Below are positions 52,621-64,000 of a stretch of 64,000 bases of DNA, in pieces. The position numbers and the translations under genes are program-made. The stretch covers positions 477,230 to 541,229 of the forward strand of contig JAWQFM010000022.1 of assembly GCA_033442325.1 (NCBI GenBank), written 5' to 3'. This DNA is from Salpingoeca rosetta. Taxonomy: Eukaryota > Protista > Choanoflagellata. The notes beneath the pieces are model-generated. The model ran no database searches, was not told the DNA's origin, and saw only the letters and a list, made by a program, of their open reading frames with translations. Each line of letters begins with the position of its first letter. Position 1 is the first letter of the stretch.

Positions 52621-52998
52621 GTGTGTGTGTGCGAGTAGTTGAGGCAGCTGGTGTGAGAGAGCACACGCTTGCTGTTGAGTGAGTGCAGATGCGCACACAC
52701 AAAACATCCAACGCTGTGGTGTCAAAACAACAGCAGCACGTGTCTATGCAAGGCGCAGAACAGCACCTGCTGCGTTCGAGGAATGTGCAAAAGTACGAAA
52801 TGTCGTATTGGTGCCGTGCAATGCTGTCAATGTCTGCACGATCACGCGAATCAAGCCGCGACAGCTGACGGGCGCACACGTGTGAAGAACAAGGGATGGG
52901 GAGGAGCAGGTGGTGCGGTATCGTGTTTGAGTATGGGTTGCACACATGCATGTGGAACAGCGAATGCGCAAATACCCCCACGCACAAACACAGTCACG

Positions 52999-53045
<47 letters not shown>

Positions 53046-54458
53046 CATACACACACACACACAAACACACAGTCATACAAACACGTACACACGCACACAC
53101 ACATTGCCAAAGCTCACCTCTTGTTCAAGGTCGCGGAGAAGTAGCTTGTGTGCATGCGTGTCATCAATGCCATTCCCGTCATTGTCCTCGTCGTCATCGC
53201 TTGCATCGCACATCGCATCCACAGCATTGTCGCCGGCAGGGTGGGTGCTGCCAGCACTGGCGTTCTTGGCGCTGTCAGCTGCAGCGCCGCTGCTTCCCTG
53301 CGCCGTGTGCGCTGTGTCTACGACAGCTGCCGAGGCATTGCCACCATAGTCAAAGCCAATGGCAGCAGTGTTGTTTGAGGAGGTTTCTGCTGGTTTCGGT
53401 GCGGGCGGTCCTTTGCGCGCAGACAGCTGACACAAGGCACACATATGTTGCCGTGAGTTGTCGTTGGCAGCAATACAAGTATTGAAGAAGCGCAATATGG
53501 ATAGTGCACGAGAGATAGGCAGACAAGAAAGGCGAGAGAGGGGGATGAATACGGCCAAATGCACACACACACATACACATTCATATACAAATCCACATAC
53601 ACATACATATCCACAAACACACACATACACACATACACACATGCTGCTAACCTGTGGGGAGAATGGATTGCTTGAATCGTCAAGGGCATCGATGAGCCGC
53701 AGGTGCTCTGTCTCGGATATACGCTTGAACGCCGTATGCACCAGGTCACGGTACGCCTCGAAGCGGCGCTCAAAGTACTTGCTGCCATGCTGCATGCGCT
53801 CGTCGGGCTCGCTGGCGTGCATGGAGCTGGGCTGCGAGCTCACTGTGATGCCAGCGTCGACGTTGGACTCGAGGTCGTGCGCTTCCGCATCCATGAGGTC
53901 CATCGCGTCCATGGACGCACGCACGTCGAATCGGTCAATAAGGTGGTCCATGTGGTTCTGCCACGGAACGAGCGTGGCCCGCCCCATGTTGGCGCGCGCC
54001 TCACTCTCCGATACAAAGTGAACGTGACATGGCACCCCCTGAAGCCGCAGCAGCTGCAACGGATCCACTTGCTGTTCAGATCAACAAGGGGGGGGGACGG
54101 GCGTGTTGAGTGCTGCATAAAAGTGCATATCACACAGACACACATACGAACATGCGCACACGTGTGGACACGAACTTACGCGTATACATACACATACAAA
54201 CACGCATATATGCAAGTGTACATGCATCCCAGCAGACACACACACACGCGCGAGCACATACACGCACACACAAGCACACATACACATGCATATACGCACA
54301 CGCGCACACGCACACGCGCGCACCCCACCAACACAACAACCCACAAACTACAGTGCAACCTGCTGGATGGCCTCTGCTTGTCGTTGCTGTGAGCGCTTGC
54401 GTGTGGCAGCGACCAGCTCCTTCAAGTGCCGATCATGCTTGCGCGCAGCGTGCCACAT
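50476..54458 (-). CDS. CLASRP: CLK4-associating serine/arginine-rich splicing factor (SFRS16/SWAP-related, DRY_EERY domain)
   Basis: MWHAARKHDRHLK start; DPLQLLRLQGVPCHVH; LVPWQ...LIDRFDVRA; RRFEAYRDLV; KAVYITSF; long RS domain; KLTPMERMQLRLKMQLQK near the C-terminus. Confidence 0.88.
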
Positions 54459-54606
54459 CGTCCTCCTCACTGCGCTCAGCGTCTTCCGTCTTTCTTGGCG
54501 TGGTTGTAGAAAAGTTGTGCTTGACTTCCGTGAATTTTCCACGCTGCGCTGTTCTCTGGTGGTGTGGAGGAGTGGTTGATTGAGGTTGTGCATGGTGGCT
54601 GGTTGG

Positions 54607-55578
54607 ATGACGATGGCACGACGCCACCACCAACAACAGCAGCCGCCAGGCCAACAACAAAAGCCATCTTCACACAGACAATGCAGCATCATGTGCTGTT
54701 CTTTACAGCTGTTTTCATCATGGCTTTTGGTTCGTGTATTTGCTCGCTAGCTTGTTTGTTGGCATGCTCGTGTGCAACTGTTATTGTTTATGCCTGATTC
54801 TCGAAGGTTGTGCATTGCACTGCCGCGCATGCTCACCGTGGTTCCATGGGACGCAATTAACTGTGACAGATTCTGGTCTTGCTGTTGGCTCAAGTGCCTC
54901 TTGGACACACTCAACAAGAACCAGCCTTCAGAGGCCGAGGTGTGACCCTTTGTATTGCGTACATCGTGTGGGTTGTGTGGGTTGTGTGCTTGTGCGGTGT
55001 GTACATCGTGTGCGTTGTGCGCGTTGTGTGGGTTGTGTGCTGTGCTTCACAATCCCACATCAAATCTGACTTGCCTAAACCATCTCCCTGGCTTTGTCGC
55101 TTGATGCCAACCGCAGCAGGTCCTCGGCCGCTGCAATCAATGCCGTCATGGCGGCAATTTCACGCTTTGCCGTTTGCACAGCTTCCACATCACGTCGTCG
55201 ATGACTGGCAACAACGTGTCTTGCAAATACCCCAGCAAGGTTCCCAAGCACTGGCTTGTTTGTTGACTTGCTTGCTTGTCCATCCATCTGTGGCATCTAC
55301 CTCCTCACCCTGTATGCCTCTTGTTTGTCCTGCATGCCTCCTGTTTGTCCTGCATGCCTCCTGTTTGTCTTGTGTGCCTCTTGTTGAAGTTGAATGCTTG
55401 CACTCCTTCACGCTTTCCCCTCCTCACTCCCTCATTACTGTATCTGTATCATGGTGGCATCAGGCCCACAACTGGATGTACAAGGCGCATTGACACACCT
55501 GACCGCTGCCATGAACGCGTCGCAAGCGCCTCTTACGCCCGAAGCCGTTATGACAGCATATTGCATCCTGCTGACGCC

Positions 55579-55635
<57 letters not shown>

Positions 55636-56273
55636 CAGTCCGAAGCTCCGTGACTTTGACGTGTATGTACGAGGCCGAAGGCTGACTGCGCCCAGTGAGC
55701 TGCTGCCACGCTTCCAGCTCCTCTTGAACGACACCTTCTCTCGCATTCACACGGCCACGACGCAACACCTGTCGCACCTGCATGCGCACACGGCAATCGT
55801 CACGGCTGCGGCGGATATGCTGTTTGACGTAACCCTCCGCCTGCGGCCATTCGTCCAGCACAACGACGTTATGGCGTGCGTGCTTGTCAACGCGTTTCTG
55901 CAGCAAGGCGGTGTCGCCCTGCCTGTCGTCTACACCAGCAGTGACTCGCTCCATCGGCGCATTGATGAGGCCGTGCACCGCGGGCCCCCGCACGTGCCGG
56001 GAGCATTGGCCAAGGCCCTCTTGTCGTCTTACTGCGACATGTTGCAGCGTGATGACCGTGGCCTCGTGCCTGCAGGCATTGTCGCTTCCATCGCTGCCAC
56101 GGGCAACATCTCTGCTGCTGACATTGACACGTTTTCTCGAAGTGTCTGCAGTTACTATGTGCAGAAGAGCATCGACCATGGCAATGCTGCAGGCGATGCT
56201 GCTGTTGCGCCAGCTCCACCCGGGGTGCAGACACCATCTTCCCGGCACCACGGTCGCCGCCGCCTCCTGCATC

Positions 56274-56344
<71 letters not shown>

Positions 56345-59300
56345 GTGGTGCATGCTTTGCAGCGGCGAAGCAATCCGCCTGCGCCGGTCGCGGAATCCAC
56401 GTCCGCATTCATCAACGACTACGACCAACCTGGCGAACTGACATGCGGGCGCGACTACATCCTCACCCACGCAGACAGCACGTACGACAACGCCCACGCT
56501 GATCGGCGGTGGCGGTTCACGTGCCAGCCAAGTCGCACCTACCACAGCTATGAGACGGGGTTTGTCAACACACACCAGCAGACCGTGACGTTTCTGTGCC
56601 CGGACAACTATGCCATCGCGGGGGTGTACAGCGAGCACGACAACGTGGCAAAGGACAGGCGGTGGCGGTTCCGCTGCAGCCAGATCCTTTCAACCACAGC
56701 ATCCCAGGGCGCATGCACGTTCTCTGCGCCCTCTACGCTTGGTGGTTCACAATCATTCACCACCCCCACAGGCACGTTTATTCGCGGCGTGTACACCACA
56801 TACTCCACCAGCGCCCACGACCGGCGCTACTCGTTCTACTACTGCCAGCTCAACTGCGGCAACAACGCGCTTCAGACGCAGTACGCGTGCCAGTGCAAGG
56901 ACGGGTACACGTTCCAGGGCGGCAGCTGCGTGCGCGGCACCAAAGGCAGCACGGGCCCGCAAGGCGACAAGGGCCCAACGGGGGATGCGGGTGCACAGGG
57001 GCCACAGGGGCCACAAGGGCTGCCTGGGGTGGACGGCGATGACGGTGCACCCGGACCGCAGGGCGACAAAGGCGACGTGGGCGAGCAAGGCGCACCTGGT
57101 GCAAAGGGGGAGGTGGGCGCACCAGGACCGCAGGGGCCACAGGGCGAACAGGGACCACAGGGGGCACAGGGGGTTGCAGGCGACCCAGGGCCGCAGGGCC
57201 CCAAGGGCGATCAAGGCGTGCAGGGCGACCAGGGCCCCGCTGGTGCACCCGGACCCCAGGGGCCTCAGGGGATCAAGGGTGAGCAGGGGGATCAAGGGCC
57301 ACAGGGAGAACAGGGGCCACAGGGCGCCCAGGGCGACCAAGGCGACGTCGGACCACAGGGGCCGCAGGGTGAACCAGGTGTGTGCTTGTGTGTGTGTGTG
57401 TGTCAGGTGTGTGTGTATGTGTGTGCTTGTGTGTGTGTGTGTATGTCAGGTGTGTGTTTGTGTGTGTGATTGTGTGATTGACACGTCCACCGCGCATTTT
57501 CCTTCATGTGCACATGAGTATGTGTGATACACATGCCATCACTGCTGCTGTCCTTCATGGCTCCATATTCACAACAACGATCACAACGCGGCTTGTTTGA
57601 CAGGCGATCCTGGTCCCCAAGGGCCGCAGGGGCCGCAGGGGCCTCAAGGCCCACAGGGCGAACAGGGGCCACAGGGCGACCCAGGACCACAGGGAATTCA
57701 AGGTACCATGCGCAGAGAGTGTGTGCATGTGTGTGTGTGTGTGCGTGAATGAGAGATACGCACACACGTATCGCACTTACACACACATGGTCGCATCCAC
57801 ACCAAAACAACCTTCATCATCGTGGTCAGGACAATTGCTTCCATCTCACATTTCCACACACACACACTCTCTCACACTCACACACACACACACATACACA
57901 CAAACACACACATACACACAAACACATACGTATACGTCCACGCTGCACTGTGCCAGGTCCTGTGGGCGATCCTGGGCCGCAAGGAGTGCAAGGGCCACAG
58001 GGCATCAAGGGCGAAACCGGCAACAAAGGAGTACAGGGTCCACAAGGACCCAAAGGCGATCCAGGCCACGATGTGCCGCTCTCTGTGCAGTCTGCACTGT
58101 CGTCATCCGTCTCATCCATGCTCAGCAACGGCACAGCACAGTACGCGGCGGTGTCGACAGCGCTTGCAGCGGCGGCAGCCGAGGCACGGTCGCGCGAGGT
58201 GCAAGTGTACAACATCATCCTCGACAGCGGTGACGATGCGCGCTCTGTGGAGAGCGACATCAGTGCAGCCATCATCACACTCAAACTCGCCGTCAACAGC
58301 GAGAGGACACGCGAATCACAGGCCATCGCCGCCATCAACCAGGACGCGGCTGCCGTCAGCAGTGCTGTGGACACCGAGGGCAACGTGCTACAGTCAGACG
58401 TCAGCCACGCCACATCTCGCGCCACATCGGCCGAGGACAGCGTGGCCAGTGCCATTGCCTCCACCAGCCAGCGGTCCCAGGATATGGAAGCATCGCTTGC
58501 ATCGCGCGTGTCTGGCGTGGCCCGTGATGACTCATCAGCAGCCAGCCGCGCCGCCGCCGCCTCTTCCTCGCTCGCACGCGCCATCTCGCACGAGACGGAC
58601 CGGGCCACGGGGCAGGAGGCAAGCCTGATATCCGCCCTGCAGAGCACGGAAACATCCACCATGCAAGATGAGGCAGGTCTCAGTGCGAGCGTGAGCCTTG
58701 AGGGGCAGCGCGCCGCATCAGAGCGATCACGCATTTCCGGCGCCGTGTCTACGCACGACGACGCCGTGGCGACACACGCCAGCCGTGCTGCTGCCCAGCT
58801 CAGCCAGCTCGACGCCAGCATCGCCGGCGAGCACACGCGCGCGAGCACTGCAGAGTCCAATCTCTCTGCCGCGTTGTCCGGTGGCGTGTCAGGGGCGACG
58901 TCGTCTGAACACGCCCTCAGCGTCGCCATCAGCAGGGAGCAGTCGCGTGCAGCAGCGCAGCAGGGGCAGCTGGATACCGCGCTGGGTGCGGAGCGCAATC
59001 GCACGCGGGCACAGGTGTCGTCCATCGTGTCTGCCGTGTCCAGTGAAGTGCAGCGCAGCGCAGACGCATTGACGCAGCGCGCTGTGTCCATCAACACGGA
59101 GGCCGCCCGCGCATCAACCGCCCGTCAACAGTACGGCACGCTGCTGGATGCCGAGGTGTCGCGCGCACGGCAGGAGGAGGCCGTGTTGGCGCAAACGCTG
59201 TCTGCTGTGACGACGAACCACAGCGAGCACACGCTTGAGGTGAGCCAGGCCATTTCTTCGGAGAGTGCACGGGGTGGACAGGAAGCGGCGGCCATCGCAA

Positions 59301-62300
59301 GTGCCATCAGCAACACGCTCACGGACACGCGCCAACAACAAGTGCAACGCCTGGAAAGTGACATTGTGTCGCACGCAACCGTCATGCAAGAACGCGTCAG
59401 CTCCGCCACTGTCTCTCTGCAGGCGGAGACCAACCGTGCCGAGTCAGTGGAAAGTGCGCTGTCGAGTGAGCTGAGTGAGGAGACAACACGAGGCCGCGGT
59501 GTCCACTCCATCCTCACTTCCTCGCTGCAGTCTGAAGAGACAAGGGCGCAGTCGGATGAAGCAGTGCTGTCACAGCGTGTCTCGCTTGCAGTGTCCTCGT
59601 CCCAGTCAGACGAGGCGGCAATTGCGTCGCAGCTGTTGAGTGTGGACGCATCTGTCACGCGTGACCAATCAGCGCTTGCGTCCTCCCTGACGAGCCATGC
59701 CTCAAACACCCGCACAGCTGAAGCACAAGTGCTGTCGCTGCTGTCGGACATGCACGTGCGCGCCTCCCAGGCGGAATCCACGCTTCAGATCAGCTTGGTG
59801 TCTGCACAGCAAGCAGCGCAGTCGAGCGAAAGCAGCCTGAGCGCGGCCATTTCTCTGCGGGAAAGCACGCGTGCAGCATCACAGCGCTCCATGCTGTCTG
59901 TGCAAGCCAGCCTGGCATCGTCGGCAACGGCCCAGCAGCAGGCGGTGCGCAGTCGCGTGTCTGCGGTTGAGAGCAGCGCGCGTGAGCACCGGCAGTCTGT
60001 GGCGTCGCTGCTGTCGCACGTGGTATCGAGCACGGCCTCGGGTGTGGATTCGCTCCACGGAATGCTGGCTACGCAGACCAGCAATGCCATTGCAGCAGAA
60101 GGAAGCCTGCTGTCCATGATTGGCGAGACCGCATCTGTGGCGCAAGCAGGAGAGTCTTCCCTTGCTGCCGCCATCGTGGGTGCGCAGAGCACGCTGGAGG
60201 CTGATGACGATGAGCTGCTGTCTACGCTTCAGGTGCAAACGCAGCAGCAAGTGTCGGCGGATACGTCACTGGCCAGCGACGTGGAGGCCGCCAACACCAC
60301 CCTCATTGGCAGCGACATGGCATTCGTGTCCATGCTCAAGCAGTCGCACGCTGCCCTCACCATGCAGCTGGAGGAGGAGAAGAACATGACCGCCGCAACA
60401 GAAACAGCGCTCTCGTCACAGCTCTCCACGCTTGAGCAGTCGCTGCAAGGGCCTGTCGTCGTTACCGACTTTGCACCCTACAATGACGCGTGTGCCGTCA
60501 CCACATTCCCTCCAAACATCACAGTTGCACCTCCCAGTACGATCAGCAGCAACAGCAGCAACAGCAGCACCACGAGTCGCAGCAAATTTGGAACCACTGC
60601 CACTATGAGCAACAGCGATGTCGACAGTAGGCAAGTTGCAAACAGCAGCACCACCGGAAGCAGCAGCAGCGTGACAAACATGACAACGGCACCGACCACT
60701 GCTACCACCATCAGCACTGCCACCACTACGATGATGCCCGAGGCGGCTCCGTCTGCGCTTGTGGTGTCGTCATGCTTGCTTGTGGAGTTCACGGCATGCA
60801 GTGAGCGCTTGATTAGCGAACCCACGCTGGCGCACAAGGCGCGTGCGTTTATGGATGACCCGGGTGCGTTTCATGTGGCCGTGGTTTCCACACAGGAGGA
60901 GGTGGCGGGCTGGCTGCGCGCAGACAACGACAGCTGGATTGTCAGCACAGACGATGTGCGCGTGCTCTCCACCACCTTTCGCGTGCACGCCGCGCAACCA
61001 CGGTCATGCGTGCTTGCAAGCAGCAGCATTGCCGTGACCTCGATTGTCACCCCTGTGCCTGTTCCCCAGAACACTTTCACAACCAGCAGCATGGCAAACA
61101 CCACCACCACCACCACCACCACCACGCCCTTTGCCACCAACAGCACATCAGTGCCAACGACAACAGCGCCGCCGAGCGAACCACAACGGAGACGACGAGA
61201 ACAACAACAACAGCAAGGGAACGATACAGAGCCCAATACCGCCACCACACCCATGCTCAGCATCGCTATAAACGGCAGCCACAGCAACAGCACAGCGGTG
61301 GACTTGCTGCGTGTGTCAGACGTTGCAGGCCTGCTCGTGGCGGTGCACGTGGCCGGGCGGGACAGCAACACTGCGCCTCCCCTGTCGTCACCGCCACTGG
61401 GGCTTGCGGATGGCAGTGCTGGTGGCACGCCCACGCTCGTGCGAAGGCTGGCTGTGTTGGAAGAGCAGCTCTCGGCGGCAGCGGCGACCAACACGCTGTT
61501 GATGTCGGCCATCAGCGCCGCGGAGACGCAAATGGAGACTGCCCTGGCCCAGGCCGACGGCTTGGAGGAAGAGCTTGCGGCGCGGTGGGAGGAGCTTGCT
61601 GCTGCACGCGCATCGAGGGAGGCATCGCGCGAAGCAAGCAGGGAAGAGGAACAGCGCAGACGCGAGCAGTCGACGACAACCACCACGCCTGCCACAACCA
61701 CGCCTGCTGCCACGACGAGCGGGGCGGGCGGTGACGCCAGTCGACGCGGGGCCGCTGCCGGCGAAACGCCGCTCATGTGGATTGTCATGACCGTGGCCAC
61801 CTCCATCCTGGTGCTGGTGCTGCTGGTGCTTGTGCTCACCACGTCAAACAGCAGCGTGGTGGTGGTTGACACGGGTGGGCCATCGCACGACGTGTTCCAC
61901 CTGCTGCGTCAGCCGAGCAAGGTGCCCGAAGACATGACCGAGCAAGTGCTGGTGGGCAGTGGAGGTGTTGCCTACCTGGGCACTGCCGACCCACACACGG
62001 ATGCGGTGTACGCGACCATGGATGACATTGACGAGTCTGTGTTTGCGGCCAAGGGCGCAGAGAGCAGCGAGGACGACGACGACGCTGTCAACGGCTACCT
62101 CGATCTTGACGTGTATGAGAATGGTGAGGAGTACCTCCGCACGGGCCCGGGTGCCGTGGCGGCGGTTGGAGATGTTGGTCTGCAGTTCACGGGCACTGAT
62201 CATCGACACCACCACCACACGGCCACGACCAACTACAGTTCGAGCGATGAAGACGTGTTCACGGACGACGAGTATGTTGAGGGCGAGAATGATGATGGCG

Positions 62301-63544
62301 GGTACCTGGACGTGAGCCCCGATGACATTTACGAAGGACCCGAGATTGGCACGCAGTTTGTGTGGCGGGAGAACGACTTGAAGGAGTTGTCTGTAGCGAT
62401 GGACGAGGAAGGGCAAGGCGCTGCAGAGCATACGGCCAATGGTGGCGGTGACGATGGACTCGGTAATGCTGGGAATGTCCGTGCTGAGGGTGGCGTTGGC
62501 GGTGCGGTGAAGCCAGCTGGAGGCAACGAATACTCGCGGCTGCCGAGCGCGGCGCCCGTGGTGATTGCTCGTGAAGGGAAGTCGGGCTACAACAAACTGC
62601 ACCAGAACACACCTGCAGCACAAGGCGGTAGCACCAGCGCCAGCAGCACCTCAGCCGGTGACCACAAGTATGCCAAGCCCAAGGATCCCAAGTACGACAA
62701 GGCAAAGGGAGGCAAGGGTGCGAAGACCACAGCCGCAAGCGGTGATGGTGAGCACAAGTATGCCAAGCCCAAGGATCCCAAGTACGACAAGGCAAAGGGA
62801 GGCAAGGGTGCGAAGACCACAGCCGCAAGCGGTGATGGTGAGCACAAGTACGCCAAGCCCAAGGATCCCAAGTACGACAAGGCAAAGGGAGGCAAGGGTG
62901 CGAAGACCACAGCCGCAAGCGGTGATGGTGAGCACAAGTACGCCAAGCCCAAGGATCCCAAGTACGACAAGGCAAAGGGAGGCAAGGGTGCGAAGACCAC
63001 AGCCGCAAGCGGTGATGGTGAGCACAAGTACGCCAAGCCCAAGGATCCCAAGTACGACAAGGCAAAGGGAGGCAAGGGTGCGAAGACCACAGCCGCAAGC
63101 GGTGATGGTGAGCACAAGTATGCCAAGCCCAAGGATCCCAAGTACGACAAGGCAAAGGGAGGCAAGGGTGCGAAGACCACAGCCGCAAGCGGTGATGGTG
63201 AGCACAAGTACGCCAAGCCCAAGGATCCCAAGTACGACAAGGCAAAGGGAGGCAAGGGTGCGAAGACCACAGCCGCAAGTGGTGATGGTGAGCACAAGTA
63301 CGCCAAGCCCAAGGATCCCAAGTACGACAAGGCAAAGGGAGGCAAGGGTGCGAAGACCACAGCCGCAAGTGGTGATGGTGAGCACAAGTATGCCAAGCCC
63401 AAGGATCCCAAGTACGACAAGGCAAAGAGCAGAGCGGCGAGTACAGCGAGTTCCGTCCATGGCAAGCGCACCAACGCCCGCATGGCAGACCCCGTTTATG
63501 CTGACGTGGACTGGAGCGATGATGACTATGAGTTTGGATTTTGA
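54607..63544 (+). CDS. Paralogue C: degenerate Fic-like domain / poly-Q / dermatopontin-like head / EGF-like / collagen / coiled-coil stalk / TM / Tyr-repeat tail (may extend to 63670)
   Basis: Exons 54607-54729, 54870-54939, 55120-55239, 55464-57377, 57604-57702 and 57957 onward join in frame. Leader WLL|[12 protein letters not shown]. Head motifs [42 protein letters not shown]-like [14 protein letters not shown]. 73 Gly-X-Y triplets, RRRR site, TM ~61772-61840. Confidence 0.87.
56273..56344 (+). repeat. Coding (CAA)n poly-glutamine tract
   Basis: In frame within exon 4 of paralogue C, between RRR and RR basic sites. Confidence 0.9.
56969..58038 (+). repeat. Copy 2 of the ~1.1 kb inverted duplication (partner 15653-16833)
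   Basis: Near-identical collagen exons and both introns; differs mainly in microsatellite lengths and a few codons. Confidence 0.95.
62663..63427 (+). repeat. Coding 90-bp tandem repeat, ~8.5 copies of [30 protein letters not shown]
   Basis: Period of 90 bp read directly; copies differ only at synonymous TAT/TAC and AGC/AGT positions. Confidence 0.96.
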
Positions 63545-63758
63545 CGACGACGACGATGACGGGCACGTTAATCGCCGCCCAGCGCAGGACCCGTGTACTC
63601 CGAAGGCGCCGTGTACGAGGATGTGGACGATGGAGACGCCGTGTACGCGCTCCCCACAGACTTTGCGTGATCTTCGGGGCTGCGCGTGTGCGTGTGTAGA
63701 CGTGAGAGAGTGTGTGTGAAATGTGAGGGTGTGTATATGTGTGTGTGTGTGTGAAATG

Positions 63759-63790
<32 letters not shown>

Positions 63791-63796
63791 AAATGT

Positions 63797-63827
<31 letters not shown>

Positions 63828-63828
63828 G

Positions 63829-63866
<38 letters not shown>

Positions 63867-64000
63867 AACTGTGAGTGTGTTGGACGTGAGTGGCTGTCGT
63901 TGTGTTGGCGGTTACTGGTATTACAGTTAATTGATATGGTTTCGTTTCAGGTGCTTTAATTTTTCTTGCCTTGCTATTTGACACCCCCATGTCTTGTTGT

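Noticed and set aside
15653-58038. Inverted repeats as termini of a transposon or Polinton
   Set aside because: The repeats are internal parts of two host genes, and no transposase, integrase or polymerase lies between them.
62259-63566. Hydrophobic repeat ORFs on the minus strand ([30 protein letters not shown])
   Set aside because: Antisense reading of the 90-bp coding repeat; variation between copies is synonymous in the plus-strand frame.

Overview
Eukaryotic, intron-rich, GC-rich genomic DNA whose introns are packed with (CA)n/(TG)n microsatellites; style and gene content fit a choanoflagellate such as Salpingoeca rosetta (inference). About 11 spliced genes: a partial hypothetical gene, an atypical Arf-like GTPase, a receptor guanylate cyclase (PhnD/TtrS-like sensor, TM, intact-looking kinase, cyclase), a Dpy-30-motif acidic protein, a giant alpha-actinin-like protein with an internally duplicated rod, a putative polytopic membrane protein, an FSIP1-like protein, CLASRP, and three paralogous type-I membrane proteins (A, B, C). 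The three paralogues share one architecture: dermatopontin-like head, EGF-like module, collagen, Ser/Ala coiled-coil stalk, Cys domain, furin site, heptad neck, Thr tract, TM, Tyr-motif tail. They are the main finding. Despite diverged sequences, their collagen domains have 72/73/73 Gly-X-Y triplets and their stalks 807/808/809 codons, as expected for a length-matched, possibly heterotrimeric, surface fibre of about 180 nm. A and C also share a near-identical ~1.1 kb inverted block including introns, placed so that a crossover would swap their heads. C carries an N-terminal degenerate Fic-like domain and a tandem Tyr-repeat tail. Exon boundaries were read by eye from GT/AG sites and frame continuity.
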